NCBI GenBank assembly: GCA_030704615.1
Contig: CM060734.1
Coordinates: 25,296,001-25,360,000 of the forward strand
Length of the DNA: 64,000 nucleotides
Direction: 5' to 3'
From: Takakia lepidozioides
Taxonomy: Eukaryota; Plantae; Bryophyta
This document shows, piece by piece, positions 34,701 through 46,500 of the stretch. The translations under genes and the position numbers were made by a program. Position 1 is the first letter of the stretch, and each line of letters opens with the position of its first letter. The notes under the pieces are model-generated. The model did not search any database, was not told the DNA's origin, and saw only the letters and a list, made by a program, of their open reading frames with translations.

Positions 34701-37700
34701 CCATGACTCTCTGGAACTCTGCAAGAGCGTTCTTAAGCCCGTATGGTAAGAACTGCCACTGATATAGGCAATCCTTCCCGTGCTCATTGATCCCCCATAA
34801 TGTCATCTTCTGCTTGTCCGCGTCCTTGATCGGCAACTGGTGATATCCAGACCGCAAGTCCAAAGTGCTAAAGACCTTGGCATGCCCAATGACATCAAAG
34901 ATCTCCTCAGCTGTGGGCATGACATACTTATCGGACTTGGTCTGACGATTTACAGGCCGGTAATCACCGCACATACGTCTCTCCGTCCAATTGCCATAGA
35001 CCTCATTCTTGGTTGGCATCATTGTGGCTGAAGCATACTCTCCACCAGAGAGCTCCACCAAACCAGCCTCTCAAAGATCTTGAGTGCTCATCTGAATAAA
35101 GACCTCTCTATGTCACTGTATCTATAGGGTCTCCGAAAGATTGGCGTGTCCGTGGCCAACTCAATACGAATCTCCTGACCCTTCAGTGCTCCCAAATCCT
35201 TCAAACTGAAGGCAAAGCAATTCCCCCACTGCAGCTGCATCCAGCAACACTGCTGACTCAAGCCACGACCGGACTTGATGCACACTGGCCATCACCCTGG
35301 CCCAAGAATCGCCCATCAGTGGCACATTCTCCAAGATGTATGTTGGAGATACAGCTTGATGAAGCTGTAAGTGATGCAAAACCCGCACCATCTTCCAAAA
35401 GAGACTCGACCTCAAGTCTCACAATCCATTGTCATGCCCGGCTGATGAATGTCCTTGGTAGGGCCAACCTGCCACTACCAAATCAATGGAGCCAACCCGC
35501 TCCAAATCTTGCGCCCCCAGCAAAGAAATGTCTGCTGGCAATGCCTGCTGATATCCACGAATCGGAGACACCGACAACAACTCAGGGTACTGCTGCACCA
35601 ACTGAGCAACATGGCATATGGAGATGCATTGTGCAGTCTTATCCCTCACCACATACAGGTAACGCCAAACTCGTACACCTGCTTGTAGCACATCAGCCAA
35701 TCCAGTACTGATCCCGCCAAACAAGTCCAGAAGGCAAATGCCTTCATCCGGACACTGCCACACGATAGGTGTGGTATCCAATGATAACAACTGAGGTGGT
35801 CCTGGTGCAATCTCTGCACTGTCCTCCTCTCCTGATGGTACAAAAGCCTCTACCCAGGCTTGTTGCACCCGTCGATCAGCAACCCGCTGCAAATCCTTGC
35901 TCGTGCCCCACAATGGAGTCTGAGCAACCATTGCAGACAACTCCGCCATACCATATATGTCATCCTGCTCTCTCGGAGGTGACACATCCTCTGAATGAGT
36001 GTTGCCATCCAATAACTCTCCAGGCCAAGTCACTGCAGCTGTGAATGCTACCAGTGTCGGCATCTTGCCTTGCTGGGCAGCCACAACTCCTCCTACGAAT
36101 GTCACGGGGAGCTGCACATGCCGGCCCTCCCTTGACTGCCATCCAGGCCTATAGGAAGCTGACTCCTCCAAAAAATCCAGGGTGAAGCCCATGGGGTACA
36201 ACATTGCCCCACCAACCAAGACATCATACAAAATTGCGTCTGTCATAATGACCTTGGCTCTCATCACTGAGCCATCTGTAGGATGATCTGGATGTAGTCT
36301 GATAGCCAACTCACGCCGTGTCATGCTCCAAGCCTGCTCTGATCCTCCCAGAAATGTCTGTATTTGAAAAGGGCACGGCTCCATATCCGCCGCAATAACA
36401 GCTTTGCCCAGCATCAGCACGGCTGAGCTCCTGAGTCCAATAAGATTCACAGTGGCCGGTATCTCTTGCCTGCCGGTCCACCTAAACAAAAAATGTCATC
36501 CTGGTTGTCTAGCATGACAACTCCAGGTATCACCATGGCGCGCTCAATGGCTGGCCTAGCTGGTAGCTCCGCCAACCTGGCAACTGCAGTTGCCATGGCG
36601 CCGCCGTGGCAGTCTTGACCCTCACGTAGCTGCCAGCCTGAACACCTCAGCTGGTCTTACCCTCGGCGTCGCAATCATGGTAGCCGAGAACAATAAAGCC
36701 TGACACATAGATGTGGCCACCCCCAACAACACACTAGCTGCCGTAGCCTTGGCAGTGCACTAGTGGTAGTGCTGCCTTGCACATGAATCCCATGCCTCCC
36801 ATGTCTCCTCCCTCAGGAGCAGGAGGTGGACCATCCGGCCTTGGAGCCGGTACCACCTGAGCTGTGGCCATGGCAGCGAGCCTCTGTTCTAGCTGCTAAA
36901 GCTGGTTGGCCATGCCTTAGTCAACACCCCGACCTCCATGTCCCTGGCCATGTTGAGCTTGCCCTTGGCTTGCATCTCGTGCCTGGCTACCTCGTCCTCT
37001 CTGGGCTGCTTCACCTCGCCCCCGACCACTATTGTTCCCTTGGAACTGGCTTGGGCGCAACTCATGATGCAGACCATAGCACTGGGCCTCTCCATGCCTG
37101 TACTTGCCACAATGCCCACACTGCAACTGTGCAAAGCTATGCCGGTGCCAACCCATTGCCTCCCTCTGGGCAATCCTTCTTGACATGGGGTCCTCCACAT
37201 GTCTAACACACCATATCCGCCCGTTGTTGGCCTGCAAATGAAGGGAGAGACCCCTGCATATGAGGTCCTCTCTGTCCTTCCCTGGGCTTCATCTGAGCCC
37301 CCTTGTTGCCTTGAGCACGTTGGGGTAATGGCTGGCTAGGAGCACCACTACCCCGTGGTGTCTCCTTAGAAAATCCGACCATGACCACTCGTTCCTCCAC
37401 CATGTTGAGCTCTATCCGCTTTGCCAGTAAAAACACATTTGCTAAGGTGGGTTGGCCGGCTTGTAGGAGAGTTACATCCCGCACCCTTCTCCTCAGCTCC
37501 TTGTCCAATATCCCATACCAAAATTGGACTGCCTGAGCCTTCGTAACCCCTTGGGTTGCATTAATCAAGCGCCTCATGCAAGTAAAAGCCTCCATCAAGC
37601 TCTCAGTAGGCTTCCTCTGGAACTCTTGCAAGCTCCTCAACTTCTCTGTCCTCACCCCTTGGTAGTTCCTTCTCAACTCTTCGAAGAACTCCACAACAGG

Positions 37701-40504
37701 GTTGAAGGCAGGCATGGGCACTGGTGCTGGTGCAGCAGTGGCTTGGGTAGATGTCCCAGCCTCTGTCCCACTAGTCCCACTGCTGCCGGTGTGGTTGCTG
37801 CCCTTGTCCCTAGTGCCTCTAGTGATGGAGACATAGTCGGGTGACCAGTACATCCTCCACTCCTCGATCTCAACATCGTGCCTCGTCCTAAACTCATGGT
37901 AATCATCCATGGGCGGCCCCTCAAGGTGCTGAAACAGCCCCTTCCATGCCATGAAAGGCGTAAACAGTTGTGGATTGCGCATTTGCTGCAAGTCACATCA
38001 ACTATCAAACTCTTGGATAAAGTCATCCAATTTGATGGTGCCCACCGCCCCAGAGTACCTACGTGGCCCCTTAGTAGCTCCATACATCTCCTTCATTGTG
38101 TCCCACAACAATGGCAAGGAAACAACTTGCACCGCTGGTGTGAGTCCACCTGATTCACACTCCGAATCAGAACCTTCCGTAGAAGACACAGGAGGTGAAT
38201 GTGGCCTAAACCGCACATCTCGTCTCGTGTACCCGCTAGTATCGCTAGTGCTCGTACCGACACTCTCCCCAGCAACTAGTGACACCTCCGTGTTGACAAA
38301 CTGACACTCAACCGGTCATAAACCTTTCTCTAACCCCCTCTCCACTAGGTAACCGGGTAGAGAACCTGATGCGGCTTATGATTTGGAATATTAGGTTCGT
38401 AACATAGCCTGCACCTGCACCTACATCCACCGCAGGCACTCCTATGGTTGGCTGGTCATCACCTCCAACCTCACCACAGGAGAAACAAAGATAGTCTGAC
38501 TGGTCATCAACCCTCACCATCGACAGCATGCTCTAGGGTCGGATCGGCGATCAAGCCCGAGTCAACCACCTATAAAATCAAGCGCGCACACAAAGCTAAC
38601 ATGGCGCACAATCAAGCATGCAGGTGTGGAGGGGATCCAAACACAAGAATGAAAACAACAATTCCCTCACACCAAAAACAACTTCACAGTGTCGCTCCTG
38701 CAATGACACCCCAGCCCAAACCCGGACTGACTCTTGCCTCTACCTACGGAAAGGTCTCGGCCTACAAAGAAGGTGGAAAACTACGAGGAAGAGAAGCTAA
38801 AACAATGCCTAACCCCAACACGCTATCATCCCAAATTTTTATTTTTCTATTTTTAATTAATTTTAAATTTTCCTCTCTTCTCTCACTTGCATGACCATGA
38901 GAGCATCTTGTAGACACTCCTCAAAACCGCCCTCCATGAGCTTATGAAACTTGGCCTCCAAGGCCCCACGCAAGCCTCCATAGGGTCCGCCAGTGCCTCC
39001 TTGTGTCCACCAGCCATTCCTCAGAATGGAACCACCTCAGGAAACCACACCATCCACTGAAGGTTCAAAAATGGCACAAATTGAGGTACATATGGGCCCC
39101 AACAACATTCTGTCCAAAGGAATTACCTGCAGGCTGGTCTCCCCCATAGTTAAGAACTGGACTGAAAACCCAAAAGATTACCTGCAGGGAGGTAACCCCC
39201 TTTGCAAAACTGCAATAGGGAGGCAATTTCGACTTTTCTGCCGGATCAGCTAGCTCAAAACCATTGTTCTTCAGAGCCCAGCCTCCCCATCAAGGTCCCA
39301 CGAAACGAGTTTGTTTTTTTTGTTTTTTTTTTCCACTCTGCCTGTTCGTGGTCTTCCATGGCCCTCAACGCCACGACTTCTCACGGCCCGCCCTAGGCGC
39401 ACACCCGCCACGGGCTGCCCCGTGATACCCCGTGGTACCACGCCCACGAGCCTCACGGCCCGCCATTCCCACGATCTGGTCACCGTGCCCACCCATGGTG
39501 TCCGCGCCACGGCTTCCCACGGTCACGGTCAACGGTCACGGTCAACAGTCACGGCCTAGGCTCGTGGTATCTCGTGATACCGCCCCCACGGCCCATCGCG
39601 GCCGCGGCCACGGCCACTGTTCCCTGCGTTCCCTGGAACTGCCCACGAGTTCCTATGCATTTCCGATCGCTCCCGGGACATTCCCACGCGTTCCCGAGCT
39701 TTCCCTGAGTTGGGGTTTGCTCATGCACTTGCTGCCGACGAGCTATGGCTTCTGCAAAGCCACCAGACCTGCTGCCATGCTCTCTTGGGCTCTCACGGCC
39801 CACCAAAAGCACCCCAAACTCAACAAATAATCTATCCGCTACCCGAAAAGCTCCATTTCTTCGTGAAGCTCACAAAAACAAATATGAAAATACACACCTT
39901 TACAAACTTGGTGCACCTGCACTTCTCATGCATATCCCCTGGCTCTATGGCGCCTCGTTGCTGCCCTTCCAGCCCCACTCTTGCCACTCCAAGAGCCCTT
40001 ACAGTACTAGAGTTTCAGATTGAAACTTCAACTCAGCACATGCTTCACAAGTGCACTGATTTGTACACAAGAGGGACCAGCCCCTTCTCTTCACTCATAT
40101 CTCTTCATGAGCTTGGAGCTGAAGCTCCCAACAGGCTGTGATGCATCCCCTCGCAGCTCCCGCAGCTCCACTATTCGGCTGCTCCTCATCTACCCACAAC
40201 TACTAGTTTCGGGCAGAAATACTTGTCCAGCTGATCATATCATCTCCAACCTGCAACGCAATGACGGCTATCCTACGCTAGCTTCCCACGCGCCATGGGG
40301 AATCCACACTACGGCGCCATAGCTAGACGCGGTGAGGCTCAACTCAAGAAAGATGAGCCCACCGCGATCTGCCGTGAAGAAGCACGCCAGGTGCCCAAAC
40401 ATATGTTGGCCCCTGGATTGACACTTGGGTCAATCCCAAATGTCAATATATAAAAGTTAGTTATTTCCTAGCTAACTTTACACTAGTGATAAAATAACTT
40501 GACA
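31750..40504 (-). mobile_element. Ty3/Gypsy copy C (gag-PR-DNMT-RT-RH-INT-PHD), TSD-bounded, with internal deletions
   Basis: TSD TAGG at 31746-31749 and 40505-40508; termini TGTCA...CGACA; ORFs closely similar to copy A; DNMT motifs at about 35230-35750. Confidence 0.9.
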
Positions 40505-41059
40505 TAGGTTCAATGAGAAGGTGCCCTCACCACATTGTGGTCGATCTTGTGTCAATCTTGTGTCATGACCCATAGAAGATTTGACGGACCATCAACCTGC
40601 AAGACCTCTCGCATACCTCTCGTGTGTGCTGCTTGTGTCTGTTAGCAGGTAATGTCGGATTGGTCTGTGAGAACCACCACGGTGCAGCTGAGCAAGCAAA
40701 AATTGAAACACGACCTGCTAAGACCAAGCTGACTCTCCCAAGAATCTTGTAAACATAATCAAGAATACCAAATCATGGTACTAATAGGAGCCAAGGGAAC
40801 TAAACGACACGAACTAAACCTAAGAAACGCGGATTGAACCCCTCGGCAACTACAAACAACAAATCGGAATAAAACGCGTGCATCACGAGAGAACAGAAAC
40901 AAAGGCCTGCAAGACAGGGCAGAGGAAGCGCCAGAAAACCCAAGTCCCTAAGACCCTCACACCGCGAAATGCGGAGCTACATCGCGTCCGCCGACCCTCA
41001 ATTTTGGCTCCCTCGTTATATCACACACACGATTAGGGGGATTAGAGAGTCTCGCTTAC

Positions 41060-41108
41060 TCTATAGAAATTCGACACGTGTCATTGTAAGCAGTGATTCC
41101 TTGTAGTG
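41060..41108 (-). mobile_element. Probable CACTA terminus (...CCTTGTAGTG) abutting Gypsy fragment D
   Basis: The reverse complement reads CACTACAAGGAATC; Gypsy homology starts immediately after. Confidence 0.5.
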
Positions 41109-42096
41109 TCCCAGCCTTGCAGTGGTACTTGCACGATTGCGTTGCATACTATATGGGCATGCTGGTGGTGCAGCCACCATGCTGGTGTATGATAAATGCT
41201 CGAGGGGGTGGCACATGAGATGCTTGACACCGCACTTGAGGAGGTTCCTAGCGGAGAATGGTTGTGTCCACGATGCCTTGGACAGAGATAGTGGACATGA
41301 CAATGGTGAGGTTGACAAGGACCCAATGTTTAGCTAGTGGGAGTTCAACGCCATGGATACTCAATTGAAGATCATGGATTGCAGGCAGACGACTGGCAAT
41401 GGGGCTACTTTTGCACCCGGCCTCTTGATCTATCGACTTCGGATATTGGGACTTGTGCGATTGAAGACCAAGCAATGATCGTATTAGGATGGATACTTGT
41501 CAGCTATCCGGTGTTAGAGGGACCTAATCACCAGCTAGGGGGCTGATTGTGGCATAACTTTCTAGGGTTGTATGCTTAGAATGCTTGATGGACAGCGGTG
41601 TATATTGTGGCACGATGCTTAGGTGCATGACAGCTGTCATGGTTTTAGTCATGAACTAGGATTACCTACTTCTAATTAACTAGGACATTTTAGATATTTA
41701 TATTTGGATTTTTTGTGTTGGGACATCATTTGGTCTCATATGCCAAGTGAGGTGTCAAGCCTCACTTGGGACGTGGGGATAGGTTTTCCCCTTGTGAGGG
41801 TTGAGGAGGCTCATCTTCTTGTAGTTGAGCCTCCATGAGCCTCTCTCACCTCCATAGCTCCCCCATAGCTCTAGGTATTGAGAAGGAGTGTGGTGAGCCT
41901 GGCTTTGTAGGGTGGATTCATTTAGCAAAGGTGCCCTTGGCTTGACTTAGTTTATATGATTGAGTGGATTCATGAGTGGAGTGTTTCCATTGTGTTCACT
42001 TTCATTATCATTGTGGCATAGCTTTCTAGGATTGTATGCTTAGAATGTGTGATGGACAACGATGTATGTTGTGGCACGATGCTTAGGTGCATGACA
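41109..42096 (+). mobile_element. Gypsy 3' fragment D (diverged subfamily): PHD remnant, PPT and X-GC-B-T-X
   Basis: ATMLVYDKCSRGWHMRCLTP; X at 41548-41632 and 42012-42096 (85 bp each); B-like segment at 41635-42010. Confidence 0.85.
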
Positions 42097-43159
42097 GCCT
42101 TCACCGTGTTACATGCTGGAACCATTGGAGATACTTTTGTCCTTGATGGTGGCAGCAGAACTCTAGGAACCTATTTGAGAGCACCAGCTATGGTCTATGA
42201 GAACCAATTCATGACTGAATACATCTACACTCTAACCAAATTTTGAAAATCTTTAAAATCTGCTTAAGAAGAACGCCTCTAGCAGCCCTGCTAACTTGGT
42301 TGCCAAGAAACCTGCAGCACATAGGATAATGGTGGATTTGAAAGAAATACTGAATTGGTGACAATTTGATTTTCATAAACTTCCAAGCTGACCTCAGAAT
42401 CGTGCTCACGTTGCTTCAAACACCTTTCAGGTTGCAAATCATTGTGGGGTCAGTGAATCCTGCTCAGTATGACGAGCCAGAGCTTCCAGGTCAGCTTCAA
42501 CCCTCTTTGGGTGCACCTGTGCGACTACACAGTTCAGTCCTCCCTCTCGCATTTCCAGGTTGTCATGGTCAATTTTATCATCATCCTTAGACAAAGAGTG
42601 CTTCTCTGCTCCAGCTTGCTATAAGATCATGCCCTTCCTGGCCATTTTTGAGATAGGTAACGGCGACGAGGAACATTGAAAAGCCTCATCTCTTTTTCTC
42701 CCAACCCAGAAGTTTCCATGTCCAACTTTGATCATGCCCTCATCTTCCAGTCCCATCAGGTGCTCATCGCCCTCTTCTTCCGTCCTGTGCTTGATGAGGT
42801 TCTACCCTAGCTTGGCAGCGTGACCTCTCTTCCTCAGAACTTTCATGCATGAAACAATGTTTTTCAAATTAACGCTCTGTTTCCCAGACTGGTGATTGGT
42901 GTGCGGTCTGGGAAATAGAGAGCTAGTATAAAGAACATCTACCCGCAGATTCCTTGTAGCTATCGATTCACAGGGGATGCAAGAGTCTGCGCGCTCTGCA
43001 TCTGCATCCTGATGCACGTTTGCAAATACAACCGTTTTTTTTGGCTCATGTTCCCCCTAGGCAGCAATTTTCATGTACCTGGGCAGGAGAAAATCTTGCC
43101 TTAAAATCAATAAGTTACATATAAATTGTTTTTGGCATTACTTGGTAGTTGTGCCACAT

Positions 43160-43271
43160 TCACCGTGGATGGTGGCGGCTCACGGAGTCCGTTGCCGTTA
43201 ATGGTGACGAGCTCCGTGGATCGTCACCGTCCACGGCGACGGACGTCGTGAGCCGCCACCATCCACGGTGA
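43160..43271. repeat. Perfect 25-bp inverted repeat (MITE-like hairpin) about 300 bp upstream of the U2AF65 ATG
   Basis: TCACCGTGGATGGTGGCGGCTCACG (43160-43184) and its reverse complement (43247-43271). Confidence 0.8.
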
Positions 43272-43567
43272 CGGTCACCGAGACACCGTGCCCGTCACCG
43301 TCCAAATAATATTCCATATATTTTCTCCTCATCCTTTCTTGGAAAATAAAATTCGGCCTCTCTCAGGCCTTCCCAAAAAAAAAAAGAGAAAAAACTGTGG
43401 GTGCCCTAAGAGACTAGGTGGCCACAGTTGAAAGACTGTGCGGAGCTGCTCGTGGCCTCTCTGGGCTTCCTCGGAATTGAGCTTACGGAGGGACCTTGAA
43501 AACAATTTAGACTGTATCGCACGGTGGTATTGGGAGGTGAGATTGTAGGTTACGGGTATTTGAAGAT

Positions 43568-46500
43568 ATGGCGGACGAAGGGGTGCCCTATGAAGATGGA
43601 GACTCACCTTCGCCTAGACACGGGGACTATGGTGTGCAGTCCGGTTACGATGGCCACACAGACCGGGAGAATGGAGATAGGAAACGAGAGGTTTCTTCTC
43701 TTCTCCTTCCTTCCTATGGTCTCATATTCTGTTAGAGCTACTATCTGAACAACCGAGTTCTGTGCAAGTGATTGCTGGTTATTCGCCGCGTGTTGACAGG
43801 CACATGGTGGTGTCCCGTGATGTTTCGGCCGGTAGAGGCCGCGGGACCTCTGTTAGAAGTTCTGCATTACCAGTTTTGATGGCAGCTAGTCATTCTCACC
43901 TGTTCTTTTGTCCCCATCATCACTTCGACCGAAACTGAAACCTTTGGCAATTAAGTCTCTGGGAGTATGTGGTCCGTTACTGGTCTGGCAAATTACGTTT
44001 CGGAGACCGGTAATGGTGTTTAATGACATTGGTTTTCAGGACAGTGCAATTCATTTTTTGGACTTTTTATTTGTCCTTTTGAACTCTTTCCTGGGGCTGC
44101 GTGTTGTTTTATCAGCTCGTATGTCTCTCTGCAATCATGTCGCTCTTCACCTACACCTGCCTAATTCTCCTGCACTCTGGTGCCTTGTGGTCTTGGATGA
44201 AAGTCTGGCATGTCCTTCATGCAATGAGATTCGTAGTCAGTTGGAGGTAACAAACTTACCTCTACCTGAAGTGATTTTGAACTCTTTTTGGTTGCCTGAG
44301 GGAACTGGCCTCACATCATGCTCTGATGCTTGCTCTCAGATGAATCAAGGAGCAGCTTGCAGTCTGCATAAGTAGCTCCGAGCTAGACTATACAGGTTAA
44401 GGACGAATGTCAGGGGAACAGCGTTGCTGTCTAGATAGCTGTATTGCTATGGGATGATCAAGTTTGCTCCTACCTCCATCAAAGGTTGCTGTGTGGTGAT
44501 TGCTGAAAATATGAAACTTACCAGCTGTCCTTAGCTTTTGGCAGGTTCCTTATCATCGGTCCTGGCTTGCAAAGCATGGGCAAAGTGGCCTTTTTGTTTC
44601 TAGTATGCTAATATGGTAGTTTGCCTCTTTATAGTAGAGATAGTATCAACGACTCCCGGCCTTCTTTCGATATGAATACTTTTGCAGTCATTACTCCACC
44701 ATCTTGCCAATGGCTATGTAAGCTGTTAGCAACTCATCCGGTCGAGTACTAATTCATGAGCTGCCTTCTAATTGACTGAGCGAGAAATTTCCCAGTGTAC
44801 TTGTCTCAGCCAATTGTAAGTGCATTTTGCAGATCTTGCACAATTGGTTAACGTTTTAATGGTTGCAACTGTTGCCCATTGTCGTTCCTTCATGTGCATA
44901 GTTAGGAGGACAACGGTTAAGAGCACTGATGTCGAGAAAGGTTGAAGGAGAGATGCCTTCTCTGTCACAAAAGTGTCTGTATACATGGCTCCATCACCCC
45001 ACTTCTGTTCCAAGTTTATGATCTGCCTTTATTCTTCCAAACGTAGTAGGTTGTTCTGGTCACTCAAGACTTTGAGCTGTGACATAATTGTTGTTATGGC
45101 TTGTCCTTGTTAACTATTTATTTTTGGCTTGGTGGAATTAGATTTTAGCACCTCTGATTCTTCATATGCTCTAACCCAACATCTGTCTGGCCTGAGGTAG
45201 AGAGGTGAAGAGAGTTTAAGATTCGCTATCTGTTGGTATTCTTATGTGCAGCGTGCTTCTCATGAGCCAGAGAGAGAAAGGCAGAAGAGCCGAGATAGAT
45301 ATCGAGACAGGGACAGAGACCGTCACCACAGAGATGACAGAGACCGTGACAGGGATAGAGGGGATAGAGATCGAGAGTGCCATCATAGCCAGGATCGTGA
45401 GAGGTAAGTATACCCAAGCAATATATGGCCTTGTCTGCTTGGATTCCGTTGCAGTTGGTTGTATGCTGTGATGGGGCTGATCTTTTATCACTGCTTTTAC
45501 CATTCTGGTGCCTTCATAGCTATTTTGCACAAACATAGTTTCGACCTTAAGAGTTGTTTTCAATTATTGGCAAAAATCAAGCAGAATTTGTTCTGGTTAG
45601 TATGTCCATGAAGAATCAACAGTTTGATTATGTTGGCCCACTTTAGCAAGAATGCTGGCTGGCTTGGTGTATGCATGGAGCATGGACAGTTGGCATCCTG
45701 TCAAAGGCCAGGTTGCACTTCATATGGTGGACACTGTTTTCTCTGATTGGTTGCAGACAAAGCCGGGAGTACGACCGTGGCCGTGACACAAGATATAGGC
45801 ACCGGTCTCACTCCAACTCTCAGGGAAGGTCACGGGACCCCTCTCACTCACCTTCCCGATCACGTTCACGGTCATGGGACCGCAGAAGGTAAGGTAGTAT
45901 ACTTTCTGCACTGGTTCTGTAGCTGGCTAGTCAAGTTTGTATAGGCTTGCTACAGAGTTGTATTAGTGTTTTCTGTTTGCTAAGGCTGCTCCTAGGTTCC
46001 GGACATGGTTGCATATATAATCTAGTAGTGGCCACCATATATAATAGACCCATGGAATTCAACTCTCTCTTACAGCTGGCGATAAAAGCAAACCTGTACA
46101 GTATGACAACCCTGAGAGGTATTACTAAGCGTGATTATGAAGGTAAAAACCACTGTCTCAAAACTGATCCAGCTGTCTCCACTTTCCTGCAGCAAGCGGA
46201 CTAGTGGGTTTGATATGGCACCTCCGGGGGCAACTGTTGTCCAAGGTGCTTCAATGCCAGGTCTGTGATTTTCTGCAGTTCCCTAAGGCTTTTATGGTGC
46301 AGCAAGTTTATTATTGCATTTGATTTGGAAAGTGCAGTGAATTTGCTTGCTTCATAGCTTTGGCCCAATATGATGTGTATGGATCTGTGTACTTCAGGAG
46401 GAGTTGATGATCACTAGATGTAAGGGCATTCAAGCAAAGATGTAGAGATAATCCATGCATTTAAGCTGTTCTGGGTCGCAACAGGGTTATGCCAGATTAT

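Noticed and set aside
19247-41108. One large CACTA element spanning both CACTA-like termini
   Set aside because: The termini match only over CACTAC, and the flanking 3-mers (taa and tcc) do not form a TSD.
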